From contig MHTK01000005.1 in NCBI GenBank assembly GCA_001824825.1, forward strand, positions 16,173-80,172: a stretch of 64,000 nt of DNA. The letters run 5' to 3'. The position numbers and the translations under genes were made by a program. Positions 24,521 through 33,315 of the stretch are shown one piece after another; positions within the stretch are counted from its first letter, which is position 1, and every line of letters begins with the position of its first letter. The notes beneath the pieces are model-generated. The model was not told where the DNA came from. It searched no databases and worked only from the letters and a program-made list of their open reading frames with translations. The DNA comes from Candidatus Vogelbacteria bacterium RIFOXYD1_FULL_46_19. GTDB taxonomy: Bacteria; Patescibacteriota; Minisyncoccia; Phycocordibacterales; XYD1-FULL-46-19.

Positions 24521-24591
24521 TTTTTTTTGACGGTAGAGGTATAATAAAATTGGATTGCAAAGTCTAGACAACTATCACAAAGGAGGGTGAT

Positions 24592-24783
24592 ATGTGTCGG
24601 AGCAAGTGGTATGAATCAATATGTCAGGAAACCGAAAATTGCTCTGTTAGACTAAGAGACGATCGGCCATACGCCTGCTGCACTTTATGTCCGGATTGCG
24701 GTCAGCACATTAAGTTTCCGCACTGGGACGATCATTTATGCCACCAGAAGGCCAAGAGAATGGGTTGGACTTATGAAAAATAG
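24592..24783 (+). CDS. Small Cys-rich (zinc-ribbon-like) protein, 63 aa
   Basis: Strong SD (AAAGGAGGGTGAT-ATG). Eight Cys and three His lie in CxxxxxxxxC…CC..C..C…HWDDHLCH patterns. A TATAAT box lies about 40 nt upstream. A terminator follows. Confidence 0.55.
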   Translation: MCRSKWYESICQETENCSVRLRDDRPYACCTLCPDCGQHIKFPHWDDHLCHQKAKRMGWTYEK

Positions 24784-24795
24784 TCGACGTTCATC

Positions 24796-24830
24796 GCCGC
24801 TAGCCTCAAAGCTAGCGGCAGTTTTAATTT
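24796..24830 (+). terminator. Intrinsic terminator (gccgctagc ctcaaa gctagcggc agttttaattt)
   Basis: A perfect 9-bp stem followed by a T-rich tract. Confidence 0.6.
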
Positions 24831-24863
24831 GAAATTTCCGGTTAAAAGCTCTATGATGGGCTA

Positions 24864-25619
24864 ATGACTACAAGATTTTATTTCGGGTTAGCCATTTTAA
24901 TACTTCTTTTGGTTTTTGTGGATCAGGTGGGAGCCCAAACAGCTATCAGTTCCACTGCCACAACCTCGATTATCATTAGCGAACTGAGTGCTACCTCGAG
25001 TGAACCGGGAATCTGGGTCACTATTTCTGGCCAAAATCTAAACCAGGCCGACCTCTTGGTGGGGGACCAGCGCGTACCTCTCGCTAATTTACTGTACACT
25101 GGCGCTCTCGGTGAAGAAGTGAAATATCGAGTACAGGCTTTACCGGCCGGAACCTACCATTTAAAGTTTGTAGGGACAGATGGTGGTCGAAGTAATGAGA
25201 TACCTTTAGTTATTCTACCAGTCGCGGAAGTTAATTTGCCAGCTGAACCTAGCGCCGAGGCCCCTGGCTTTATTGTGTCGGTTGGACTAGCTGATGCCGA
25301 AATTAATTCCACTTGGGCCATGGGGACCGTTCGCGACGTCATCTGGCAGGCGCCAGGTTTAACCCAGCCCTTAGATTTGCTGGTTTGCCATAATAACACC
25401 AAAGGTTGCTGGATCGTCGGATCTAATCTGACTAACGACGGCCAAGCCACCATTGTTCTCCCGACCGGTATTTTAACCGGGCCGTCGTATTTTTTGTTGC
25501 GTCAGTCTAATAATTATTCAACTCGAGAGCGTAGCGAATTGTTTGAAGTGTTACCGTCCCCGCTCTTTTCTGGCTGGGCTAATTTGGCGGCTAGCTTGTT
25601 TGCTTGGTGGCCCCGTTAG
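24864..25619 (+). CDS. Secreted protein with signal peptide, hypothetical
   Basis: The N-terminus is MTTRFYFGLAILILLLVFVDQVGAQ. The rest is an S/T-rich, beta-rich 250-aa sequence with no assignable family. Confidence 0.5.
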   Translation: MTTRFYFGLAILILLLVFVDQVGAQTAISSTATTSIIISELSATSSEPGIWVTISGQNLNQADLLVGDQRVPLANLLYTGALGEEVKYRVQALPAGTYHLKFVGTDGGRSNEIPLVILPVAEVNLPAEPSAEAPGFIVSVGLADAEINSTWAMGTVRDVIWQAPGLTQPLDLLVCHNNTKGCWIVGSNLTNDGQATIVLPTGILTGPSYFLLRQSNNYSTRERSELFEVLPSPLFSGWANLAASLFAWWPR

Positions 25620-25638
25620 GGTCACTCATTACTCCGGT

Positions 25639-27777
25639 TTACTCAAAGTGGATAGCGGGACGATTGGCTAGTCGCTCTTTCAACAGCGGATGAGTTTTAA
25701 GGTTGGGATCCTGGTCCAACAAGTTTTGGGCTTCCAGGCGGGCCGCTTCCACCATTTTAATATTTTTAATGGCTTCCATACCGATATCGGAAATCCCCCA
25801 CTGTTTGACGCCGGTTAAACTACCTCCTCCGCGCAACGACAAGTCCATCTCGGCTAATTCAAAACCGGTTTTAGCTTCGGTTAAAGCTTTGAGTCGTCGG
25901 AGGGAAGTGGTATTAGTCGTGTCACTAAACAAGTAGCAGTAGGCTTGGTGATGAGAGCGGAAAACCCGCCCCCGCAGTTGATGCAGTTGAGCCAGGCCGA
26001 AAGCCTGGGCGCCTTCAATAACAATGGCAGTGGCGTTGGGGACATTGACACCAACTTCTACCACTGAGGTGGCGACTAAAACATTAATTTGGCCACTTGA
26101 AAAGTCGGCCATCACCTGGGCTTTAGCCATTGGGGCCAGTTTGCTGTGCACCAAGCCGACGCGATAGGTGGGGAAAACATAAGTTTGCAGGCGCCGGCTT
26201 TCGCTTACAGCGGACTTGGTTTGAAGAGCGGAGGCTTTGTCTGGATCTGGTTCGTCAATCCGTGGACAGATAACATAAGCTTGGCGACCGGCGGCTAGCT
26301 CTTGCCGGATCTGATCATAAGCTTCCTCTCGTTTATCGGGGCTGACGATGGCGGTCTTGATAGTTTGTCGGCCCGGGGGTAATTCATCTAAGACTGACAA
26401 GTCTAAGTCTCCAAAAATAGTTAAAGCCAAAGTGCGGGGAATAGGGGTGGCCGTCATGGAGAGTAGGTGGGGGACAGTGTCGGCGGCCGTACTTTTTTCT
26501 TTAAGAATTTTTTGTCTTTGCATTACACCGAAACGATGTTGTTCGTCGATAATCGCCAGACCTAATTTTTTAAAAATTACAGCCTTTTGAATTAAGGTGT
26601 GGGTGCCGATCACGATGGGGATATCACCGCTAGCGACCCATTTTAAAAGTTGGGTTCGGGAAATATGGGTGTGTTCTAGGCGGTTGATTTTGGAGGGAAA
26701 TTTTCGGCACTCACTGCCGGTGATTAGTCCAATATTAATGTTTAAGTGAGCAAAGTTTTGAATAAAGGATTCAAAGTGCTGGCGTGCTAAAATTTCGGTG
26801 GGCACCATATAGGCCACTTCTAGGCCGGTCTTAACTGTTAAATGGGCTGCCGCCGCCGCTACCGCTGTTTTACCAGAGCCCACGTCACCCTCTAGGAGTC
26901 TGGCCATTGGTTCAGTTTCGGCGAGGTCCCCGGCAATTTGCTTGATGGCTCGCTCTTGCGCTCTGGTTAGAGGAAAAGGGAAACTCGCCAGAAGCTCTTT
27001 TAAGTTGGCCTTAGAACTAGTAATGGCCGGGGCTCGACCAGCTTTATAAACCACCCTTTGCTGACGGCGATCGAGCTGAATCAATAGGACTTCTTCAAAA
27101 GCAAAACGCTTGCGGGCACTTTGGGTGTCCGGTAATTTTTGAGGGGCATGAATCCAGACTAGAGCCGTATCTAAAGCGGGTAAATGGTAACGCTTTAATA
27201 AAGCATCTGGTAACGGATCGGTTAAATGTTTATGCACCCCCAAACTTAACAGTTTTTGGATATGGTAATAAAACCAACCCGAGGATAGACCGCGTGTTTC
27301 CGGATAGATGGCTACTAGATTGTCAGGTTGATTGGGATTGGCAAAAATAGTTTGTTTACTGAAGCTGTAGGTGGGCGCCGGGCTGATATCGGGATTAGAA
27401 AAATAAAGTTCACCGTGGCGGCTATTGACGCTGCCTGATAATTGAACCAAGGTACCGGGGACTAATTTTTTAGCCAAGTAAGCTTGATGGAACCAAACCG
27501 CTTTTACTTTTCCGGTGTCATCTTCTATAACCGCTTCCGCCATCGGAATTTGGCGGCGGTAAGCTTTCTTGGGCCCTGCTTTTTCTACTCGACCGACAAT
27601 GGCCGCTTTTTCACCGGCTCGCAAATCCACAATTGACCTAATTTCGCCTTGATGAGCGTAGCGAGAAGGTAAATAAAATAATAGGTCGCGCAAGGTGACC
27701 AAGTTTAATCGAGTGAGAGCTTTCTTTTGGTCGGGAGTGAGGCGAAAGTGCCCAGTGATCAGATAATCTGGTTGCAT
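25639..27777 (-). CDS. recG: ATP-dependent DNA helicase RecG
   Basis: A 712-aa protein with an N-terminal wedge domain, Walker A (GDVGSGKTAVAAAAA), DEQHRFG (motif II) and helicase C motifs. Confidence 0.9.
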   Translation of the reverse strand: MQPDYLITGHFRLTPDQKKALTRLNLVTLRDLLFYLPSRYAHQGEIRSIVDLRAGEKAAIVGRVEKAGPKKAYRRQIPMAEAVIEDDTGKVKAVWFHQAYLAKKLVPGTLVQLSGSVNSRHGELYFSNPDISPAPTYSFSKQTIFANPNQPDNLVAIYPETRGLSSGWFYYHIQKLLSLGVHKHLTDPLPDALLKRYHLPALDTALVWIHAPQKLPDTQSARKRFAFEEVLLIQLDRRQQRVVYKAGRAPAITSSKANLKELLASFPFPLTRAQERAIKQIAGDLAETEPMARLLEGDVGSGKTAVAAAAAHLTVKTGLEVAYMVPTEILARQHFESFIQNFAHLNINIGLITGSECRKFPSKINRLEHTHISRTQLLKWVASGDIPIVIGTHTLIQKAVIFKKLGLAIIDEQHRFGVMQRQKILKEKSTAADTVPHLLSMTATPIPRTLALTIFGDLDLSVLDELPPGRQTIKTAIVSPDKREEAYDQIRQELAAGRQAYVICPRIDEPDPDKASALQTKSAVSESRRLQTYVFPTYRVGLVHSKLAPMAKAQVMADFSSGQINVLVATSVVEVGVNVPNATAIVIEGAQAFGLAQLHQLRGRVFRSHHQAYCYLFSDTTNTTSLRRLKALTEAKTGFELAEMDLSLRGGGSLTGVKQWGISDIGMEAIKNIKMVEAARLEAQNLLDQDPNLKTHPLLKERLANRPAIHFE

Positions 27778-27923
27778 ATTTAAGAATTTTAACTCACTTA
27801 GATGGGTTTGACTAAAGCTGGGCTAGCTTGGTGGCTAACTTTTAGACTGGATAAAGTCGATTGGTAGTTAGGGGACTTTAGTTTATCATTAGAAGAGTCG
27901 TTTGGACTGACTCTTCATTTTTA

Positions 27924-29549
27924 ATGAATAATAAACTTTCTCAAGTACAAAAAGCTTCACTGGCAACAGTTTTGGCTACCGTGGTGGCAACTTTATTAGT
28001 GCTTTCAGCTTCGGGCTGGGCTTTAAGTCGTCCGAGTTCGATCTTGGTAGTCTTCGACAGTTTTCATCAGTTATTGGCCCAAGTCAGTTCTATTGGTCAA
28101 TGTAAGTTAGCTAAACCACAGGTTCAAGTTATTCCTGGTTCTCAAACAGTGGCTCCTGGTGGAACAGTTGAATACACTCTCACTTTAACCAACAAAAATA
28201 ATAATGGGTGTGACCCCGCGACTTTTAAAATCGAGCCGTGGCTAAATCCTTTGTTTGGTCTTAAGGCCAGTCCAGCTTCTTTCACGGAGACTTTGGAGTC
28301 TGGAGCTAAAATTTCTCGGACTTTTAATCTAATGGTGCCAGACTGGTCACTGGAAGTTCCTATTATTTTCAATCAGCGGGCTTACAATATTGGCCGGCCG
28401 GTTGATTGGACCAGCGCCAACGCTCGGCTGACGGTTAAGGGTAAGCCTCTGGTGACTGGTTGTGTTTATCGGCCACCACTTCTGACGCTCACCCCTTTCA
28501 CTCAGACCAGCGCCGCGGGTGATACGGTTACTTATACTTACTCTTTAACGAATAATAATGACTTAAGCTGTGGTGAGACGGAATTTACCTTAAGACCGTG
28601 GGTGCCAGCGGATAGTAATTTGACGATTAATTCTTTTGCTGTCTCGGTGGCTGGCGGCACTACCGCTTCCGGTGAATTTGCAGTCAATTCTATTGCGGCC
28701 ACAACTTCCAACTCCTACCGCTTTAATATGGGGGCTTATTTTACAGCTACCTCCACTAGTGGCCTTCTTACTTACCGTGGCTTACAAGATGCTATTTATG
28801 AAGTTACCCCAACTATAGATGAAGCCACAACTACCGCTACTACGACGATTAGTTCCCCCTTGACCAATTGGGGGATTGAGTGTTTTGACCATAAAGATTA
28901 CGACGGGGACGGACTAGCCGGTTTTGATGATCCAGATTGTTTTGGTCCAAACTTGCGGCAAACTGATACCGACTATGGCTACACTTGGTTCGAACCGTCC
29001 CCCGCCAGCCGAATTATTTACGTGTCTAATTCCAGCGGGGATGACAGTTTTGACGGCTTGACACCGGAGCCGGTTCTTGGCACTAATCAGGGACCAAAAA
29101 AAACTATTTTAGCTGGCTACAATTTATTGCGTCCAGCCTCGGCGGACTGGCTCCTCCTCAAGCGGGGTGATACTTTTGTGGAGCCGGATATTTGGTTTAT
29201 AACTTCTGGACGTTTACCGACCGAACGAATTTTGGTGGCCAGCTATGGTCGTTCGATTCAACGGCCGATTTTAATCAACACCCGCTTCAGTCTTTTCCAG
29301 ACTCGTAATTTGGCTTTTGCCGGCTTAAACTTCTTTTCCACTGAAACTGACTTAGGTGTGCCCCAGATCGGAGCTATGGTTCCAGCTAAGGGCGGAATAA
29401 CTATTTGGGAAAGGGACACCCAGTCTAATAATATTTTGATTGAAAATAATATTTTTCATTTTGATCAGACTAATATTCTAAATAATACTACTCTGTGGAA
29501 AAATATTGTTCTTCGCCTGAACGTGTTTCGTCGACCGGTTAACTTTTAG
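27924..29549 (+). CDS. Secreted/membrane-anchored protein: 2× Ig-like 'NNN..CDPATF.I.PW' repeat domains + truncated right-handed beta-helix (pectate-lyase-fold) start
   Basis: An N-terminal TM anchor precedes repeats TLTNKNNNGCDPATFKIEPWLNPLFGL and SLTNNNDLSCGETEFTLRPWVPADS, which are shared with the two downstream paralogs. The C-terminus IYVSNSSGDDSFDGLTP…KTI…LLKRGDTF… is the canonical N-cap of pectin-lyase-fold beta-helix proteins. The ORF ends after about 3 rungs, so it may be truncated. Confidence 0.6.
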   Translation: MNNKLSQVQKASLATVLATVVATLLVLSASGWALSRPSSILVVFDSFHQLLAQVSSIGQCKLAKPQVQVIPGSQTVAPGGTVEYTLTLTNKNNNGCDPATFKIEPWLNPLFGLKASPASFTETLESGAKISRTFNLMVPDWSLEVPIIFNQRAYNIGRPVDWTSANARLTVKGKPLVTGCVYRPPLLTLTPFTQTSAAGDTVTYTYSLTNNNDLSCGETEFTLRPWVPADSNLTINSFAVSVAGGTTASGEFAVNSIAATTSNSYRFNMGAYFTATSTSGLLTYRGLQDAIYEVTPTIDEATTTATTTISSPLTNWGIECFDHKDYDGDGLAGFDDPDCFGPNLRQTDTDYGYTWFEPSPASRIIYVSNSSGDDSFDGLTPEPVLGTNQGPKKTILAGYNLLRPASADWLLLKRGDTFVEPDIWFITSGRLPTERILVASYGRSIQRPILINTRFSLFQTRNLAFAGLNFFSTETDLGVPQIGAMVPAKGGITIWERDTQSNNILIENNIFHFDQTNILNNTTLWKNIVLRLNVFRRPVNF

Positions 29550-29713
29550 TCGGAGGGATAAATAAGCAAGTTTTGAATCGGGAGATGGTATTGACCGATT
29601 TTATCACTAAGACCTGTTGATGACTTGGTGGCTAAGTGTTGATATATCCTTTATGATTAGCTGAAGCTAAGCTTTAGGCCTGGAGTTAATTTTTTAATAA
29701 TATTTCCGTAAAT

Positions 29714-32700
29714 ATGAAAAATTTAGATTTTGTTCGCAGTGCTTTTATTATAGTGGTTGGAGTGCTTTTGGTAGCGTTTTCCACTTGGTATCTGATGGAA
29801 AGAACGGAAATTTTGTCTGGGCCGCAGGCTCTCGTGGAGCGGTTGGTGGCACAAGTTAGCGGCTTAGGCAGTTGTGAACTTAAAAATCCAACCGTCAGCA
29901 TTACCCCCAGGCGGCAAGAGGGGGCGCCGGGCGAAAGATTAAAGTTTTCATTTACAGTTCGGAATAATAATCTTAACTGCGATCCGGCGACCTTTGATAT
30001 TAGACCCTGGCTTGATCCTCGTTATGGGTTATCAGCTGAGCCGCGTCTTCACGTTGAAACTTTAGCCGATGGAACATCGGTCACTCGTGACTTCATCATG
30101 ATTTCTCCCGCGACAGCCGAGGCTCGAGAAATAGTTTTTAACCAGAAGGCTGTTAATGTAAGCAGTGCTCGTCATTGGGGCAGTGCCGATGCTCGTTATG
30201 TGGTGATGGTGGAAGAAGTGGAGACTTGTGTGCGGCGTCACCCTTCGATATCGGTTCGACCGGCGACTAAAGCTGGTTTACCGGGTCAAATTGTTAATTA
30301 CCTATTTACCGTCACCAATAACAATAGTTCGGTTTGTGGGGAGTCTGATTTTCAGATTAAACCATATTTTTTTACCGACAGTGTTCTAAGTTCAGCTTCG
30401 ACTCCGATTATGACTATGAAAATAGCGGCCGGTGGACAAGTCTCAAAGACTTATTCGGTTAAATCTTCAGCCACGGCCAGTTTAGGTGATAGTGTACGGT
30501 TCAACCTCGGGGCTTATTCAAGCTTTGAAGGGGTTAACTATCGTCACAGCCAAGATCTATTTTATGTGGTGGGCACCAGTACCGTGCCGGTGTCAGCCCC
30601 ACCTGTGCCGGTTGAACCAGTTGAGCCGGTACCTTTACCAGAGCCACCATTAACTGAAGGTGAACCGATTAGCCTGGCTCTGATTACTATTGCAGCGGAC
30701 TCTTTAGTGAATAATGTTTATCGACTGGGAGTAAATATTGGTTACACAGCCAGTGCTGATACCTCTGTTCACTTCCGTAAAAATATAGTTAGGAACCCTG
30801 GTTTTGAAGTCTCTACTTTGCGTAGTAATTACGTCCTACATCATTTCCGAACCAAGGATGGTAATGGCAAATTGATTGGTGAAGGATCAATTCAAGCTAA
30901 TCAAGCGCAAGAGTTTTGCTGGAATACTGATTGGAGCAATAATGGCAACTTAGGGCAGCCGATCGGCACCTGGAATGACGCCGACTACGAAATAATGTCT
31001 GGCCCCCTTAAGGGTATAAAAGGGGTGGTGCAGGATTTCACTTATGAGGCTGATGCCTCCGGGGCTCCTCATTACACCTTTACCCTGGATAAAAATTTGC
31101 CCCGTCGCCCGGGTAATACTGATACGATCTTGACGGTGCGAAAAACTTTCGACGATTTTGATTCGACAGAAAAACGCCCTGGTAGCCCCGGTCAAAGGTC
31201 GCTACGACTGGAGCCGGAAACTGGGCCGGGAAAAACCACTCTTCTTAATCAATTATATGATGATGGCTCTTCAACTGTGGTTGAAGATGGTTACTCTGGC
31301 AAAAAAATGATTGTCGAGGGTCGGTGGCGCTTGTCCTTCTGGGCTAAGGCGGCTACTCCTGGTGATAAAGTATTTATTAGTTTTGTGCGACCGGGAACTC
31401 CCGGGTTCTTAAGTGAAGTAGTAACCTTGGATAAAGCCGGTTGGCAGGAATATGATATTCCGTTTACAGTGCCGGTGGGAACCGATGCTCGTCATACGAA
31501 CGCGGCTCCGCCAGTTGGTTTAAAAATTTCTTCTGTCCCGGACCAATATGACCGAGTTTATAAAGATTATCGTAATCGGAGCCAGATTTGGATCGACGAC
31601 GTTTATTTAGGGGAAGCCGATAATACCAACCCGACCGTTTTTAGCGATCAAGCGGTCGCAATGTTGAAAGAGTTGAATCCGGGAGTCTTGCGTTACTGGG
31701 GTGGTAACTTGGGTGAGCCCCTCGTCAATGTTCTGGGTTCGGAGTGGGGCCGAGGGATGTCACGATTTGCAACTCGGGCTAAAACGGGAAATGAATATTT
31801 CTCTTCACTTCCGGAAGTCTTGGATTTAGCCAAAGAAATTGACGCTGATCCGTGGTACGTAGTGCCGCCAACTTTGACTAAAGAGGAGTTAAAAGATTTG
31901 ACCACTTATGTTAACTCTCGAGCTGGCGAGTTTAATCGAATTTACTTAGAGTATGGTAATGAGATGTGGGGCACAGGGTGCGGATCCGATCCTTTTATGG
32001 GGGCCACGGTCGGTTTTCATTTGCCGAAGATGGCGGATGAGGCGTTTGAAGTGATGCGTGACGCGGGGTTGTCATCTAAGGTCAAGCTAATTATTGGTGG
32101 GCAGGCCGCCTGGGTCGGTCGTCAATCTCAAATTGAAGCTAATAGTGATAGTCATGATATAACGGCTATTGCTCCTTACTACACAATGATTGAAGAAGGG
32201 ATTACTAATCGGCCCACTCCAACCGTGGCTAATCTTCTGGATTACATTTATGCTAGCCCTTTGATCCGAAATAAAGCCAATAATAAAACCAACCAGTCTA
32301 GTAAAATTATTTCACAAGCTGGTCGGGAACCGGCTATTTATGAGATAAACTTTCATGATACCGGTAGTTTTCCACCGATTGCTCTAAAGAATAAAATTCT
32401 TACGGGTCAAGCTGGGGGTATTACCCTACCGCTACATATGTTGCACGCGATGAAAGAGAGTGGTATTCGTATTCAAACTGCTTTTTCCTTCTTACAAATT
32501 TACTTCCGAGACACCGGTGGAACTATGACTCGCTTGTGGGGTATTGCCCGGGACTTGGACAATATTCAGGCTTACCGCGGAACTGGTCTGGCTCTCTCGG
32601 TAGCTAACAAGGCGGTGTTTGGTGATTTGATCGGTAGTAACGTAGTTGGCGGCGGTTCGTGGTCTAGAACGATGGTGGATGAGTTTGATCGCAGTAAAAA

Positions 32701-32986
32701 AGCCGACCACGTCATCCCATACCTCCAATCCTTTGCTTTCAAAGATGGTAATCGTTATGGCCTAATCGTTTTCAATGTTCATCAGACGGCCACGATTAAA
32801 TCTAAGCTGGATTTACCGGGTGTCGGAGGAGCCGGGACGCGCTACCAGTTGTATCACCCTGATCCTCTGGCTACCAATGAAAGAAGTGTGAATCTGACGA
32901 TTCAAGAAGTGCCGGTAACTATTGATGAAATTACTGAGTACGAATTCCCACCGCATTCGATTACTAGCTTCACTTGGAGTGAGTAA
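29714..32986 (+). CDS. Large secreted multidomain protein: N-terminal Ig-like repeats + beta-sandwich + C-terminal GH51-like (clan GH-A) glycoside hydrolase domain
   Basis: A signal/TM region at the N-terminus is followed by two CDPATFDIRPW-type repeats. LRYWGGNLGE matches GH51 lRfPGGn. YLEYGNEMWGTGCG matches the GH51 acid/base motif GNE(N/M)WGCGG. AIYEINFHDTG is the nucleophile motif. A C-terminal beta-sandwich follows. The protein is 1090 aa. Confidence 0.65.
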   Translation: MKNLDFVRSAFIIVVGVLLVAFSTWYLMERTEILSGPQALVERLVAQVSGLGSCELKNPTVSITPRRQEGAPGERLKFSFTVRNNNLNCDPATFDIRPWLDPRYGLSAEPRLHVETLADGTSVTRDFIMISPATAEAREIVFNQKAVNVSSARHWGSADARYVVMVEEVETCVRRHPSISVRPATKAGLPGQIVNYLFTVTNNNSSVCGESDFQIKPYFFTDSVLSSASTPIMTMKIAAGGQVSKTYSVKSSATASLGDSVRFNLGAYSSFEGVNYRHSQDLFYVVGTSTVPVSAPPVPVEPVEPVPLPEPPLTEGEPISLALITIAADSLVNNVYRLGVNIGYTASADTSVHFRKNIVRNPGFEVSTLRSNYVLHHFRTKDGNGKLIGEGSIQANQAQEFCWNTDWSNNGNLGQPIGTWNDADYEIMSGPLKGIKGVVQDFTYEADASGAPHYTFTLDKNLPRRPGNTDTILTVRKTFDDFDSTEKRPGSPGQRSLRLEPETGPGKTTLLNQLYDDGSSTVVEDGYSGKKMIVEGRWRLSFWAKAATPGDKVFISFVRPGTPGFLSEVVTLDKAGWQEYDIPFTVPVGTDARHTNAAPPVGLKISSVPDQYDRVYKDYRNRSQIWIDDVYLGEADNTNPTVFSDQAVAMLKELNPGVLRYWGGNLGEPLVNVLGSEWGRGMSRFATRAKTGNEYFSSLPEVLDLAKEIDADPWYVVPPTLTKEELKDLTTYVNSRAGEFNRIYLEYGNEMWGTGCGSDPFMGATVGFHLPKMADEAFEVMRDAGLSSKVKLIIGGQAAWVGRQSQIEANSDSHDITAIAPYYTMIEEGITNRPTPTVANLLDYIYASPLIRNKANNKTNQSSKIISQAGREPAIYEINFHDTGSFPPIALKNKILTGQAGGITLPLHMLHAMKESGIRIQTAFSFLQIYFRDTGGTMTRLWGIARDLDNIQAYRGTGLALSVANKAVFGDLIGSNVVGGGSWSRTMVDEFDRSKKADHVIPYLQSFAFKDGNRYGLIVFNVHQTATIKSKLDLPGVGGAGTRYQLYHPDPLATNERSVNLTIQEVPVTIDEITEYEFPPHSITSFTWSE

Positions 32987-33014
32987 TATAGACTAAAAAT
33001 CCGAGGCTTAAAAA

Positions 33015-33052
33015 TCAACCCCGCCGTAGCAACAGTTACGGCGGGGTTGATT
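33015..33052 (+). terminator. Hairpin terminator-like element after 29714..32986 (tcaaccccgccgta gcaacagt tacggcggggttga)
   Basis: A perfect 14-bp stem with a weak U-tract. Confidence 0.45.
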
Positions 33053-33187
33053 GATATCCTTTATCATCCTAGTCTGTCTGCGGCTGGATAAATTTTGACA
33101 CCAGCTACTCTTTGTGGTTAGTATGAGGGGTAGTGGTCGTTTCGATGACACAGGAGTTGGCTGCTGACTAATCTAATTGTTGAGTTA

Positions 33188-33225
33188 TTGAGGACGTATG
33201 AAAGTGAACTTTCATACGTCCTCAA
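33188..33225. promoter_or_regulatory. Perfect 18-bp inverted repeat (ttgaggacgtatgaaagt gaac tttcatacgtcctcaa) ~95 nt upstream of the third paralog
   Basis: A long perfect palindrome with a 4-nt loop. It is a candidate operator or RNA structure. There is no flanking T-tract. Confidence 0.35.
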
Positions 33226-33315
33226 CTGATAATGACGGACTCAGATCCATATAGGTCCAGGGCTTGACCCTGGGGTTTATACTTTTTACTTGCTTTTTAA
33301 CCAGATTTTAACCCT

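Noticed and set aside
24003-24560. 185-aa ORF on the minus strand spanning the tRNA and the repeat block
   Set aside because: It overlaps a confidently folded tRNA and repetitive non-coding DNA. It has no SD and its composition is driven by the repeats.
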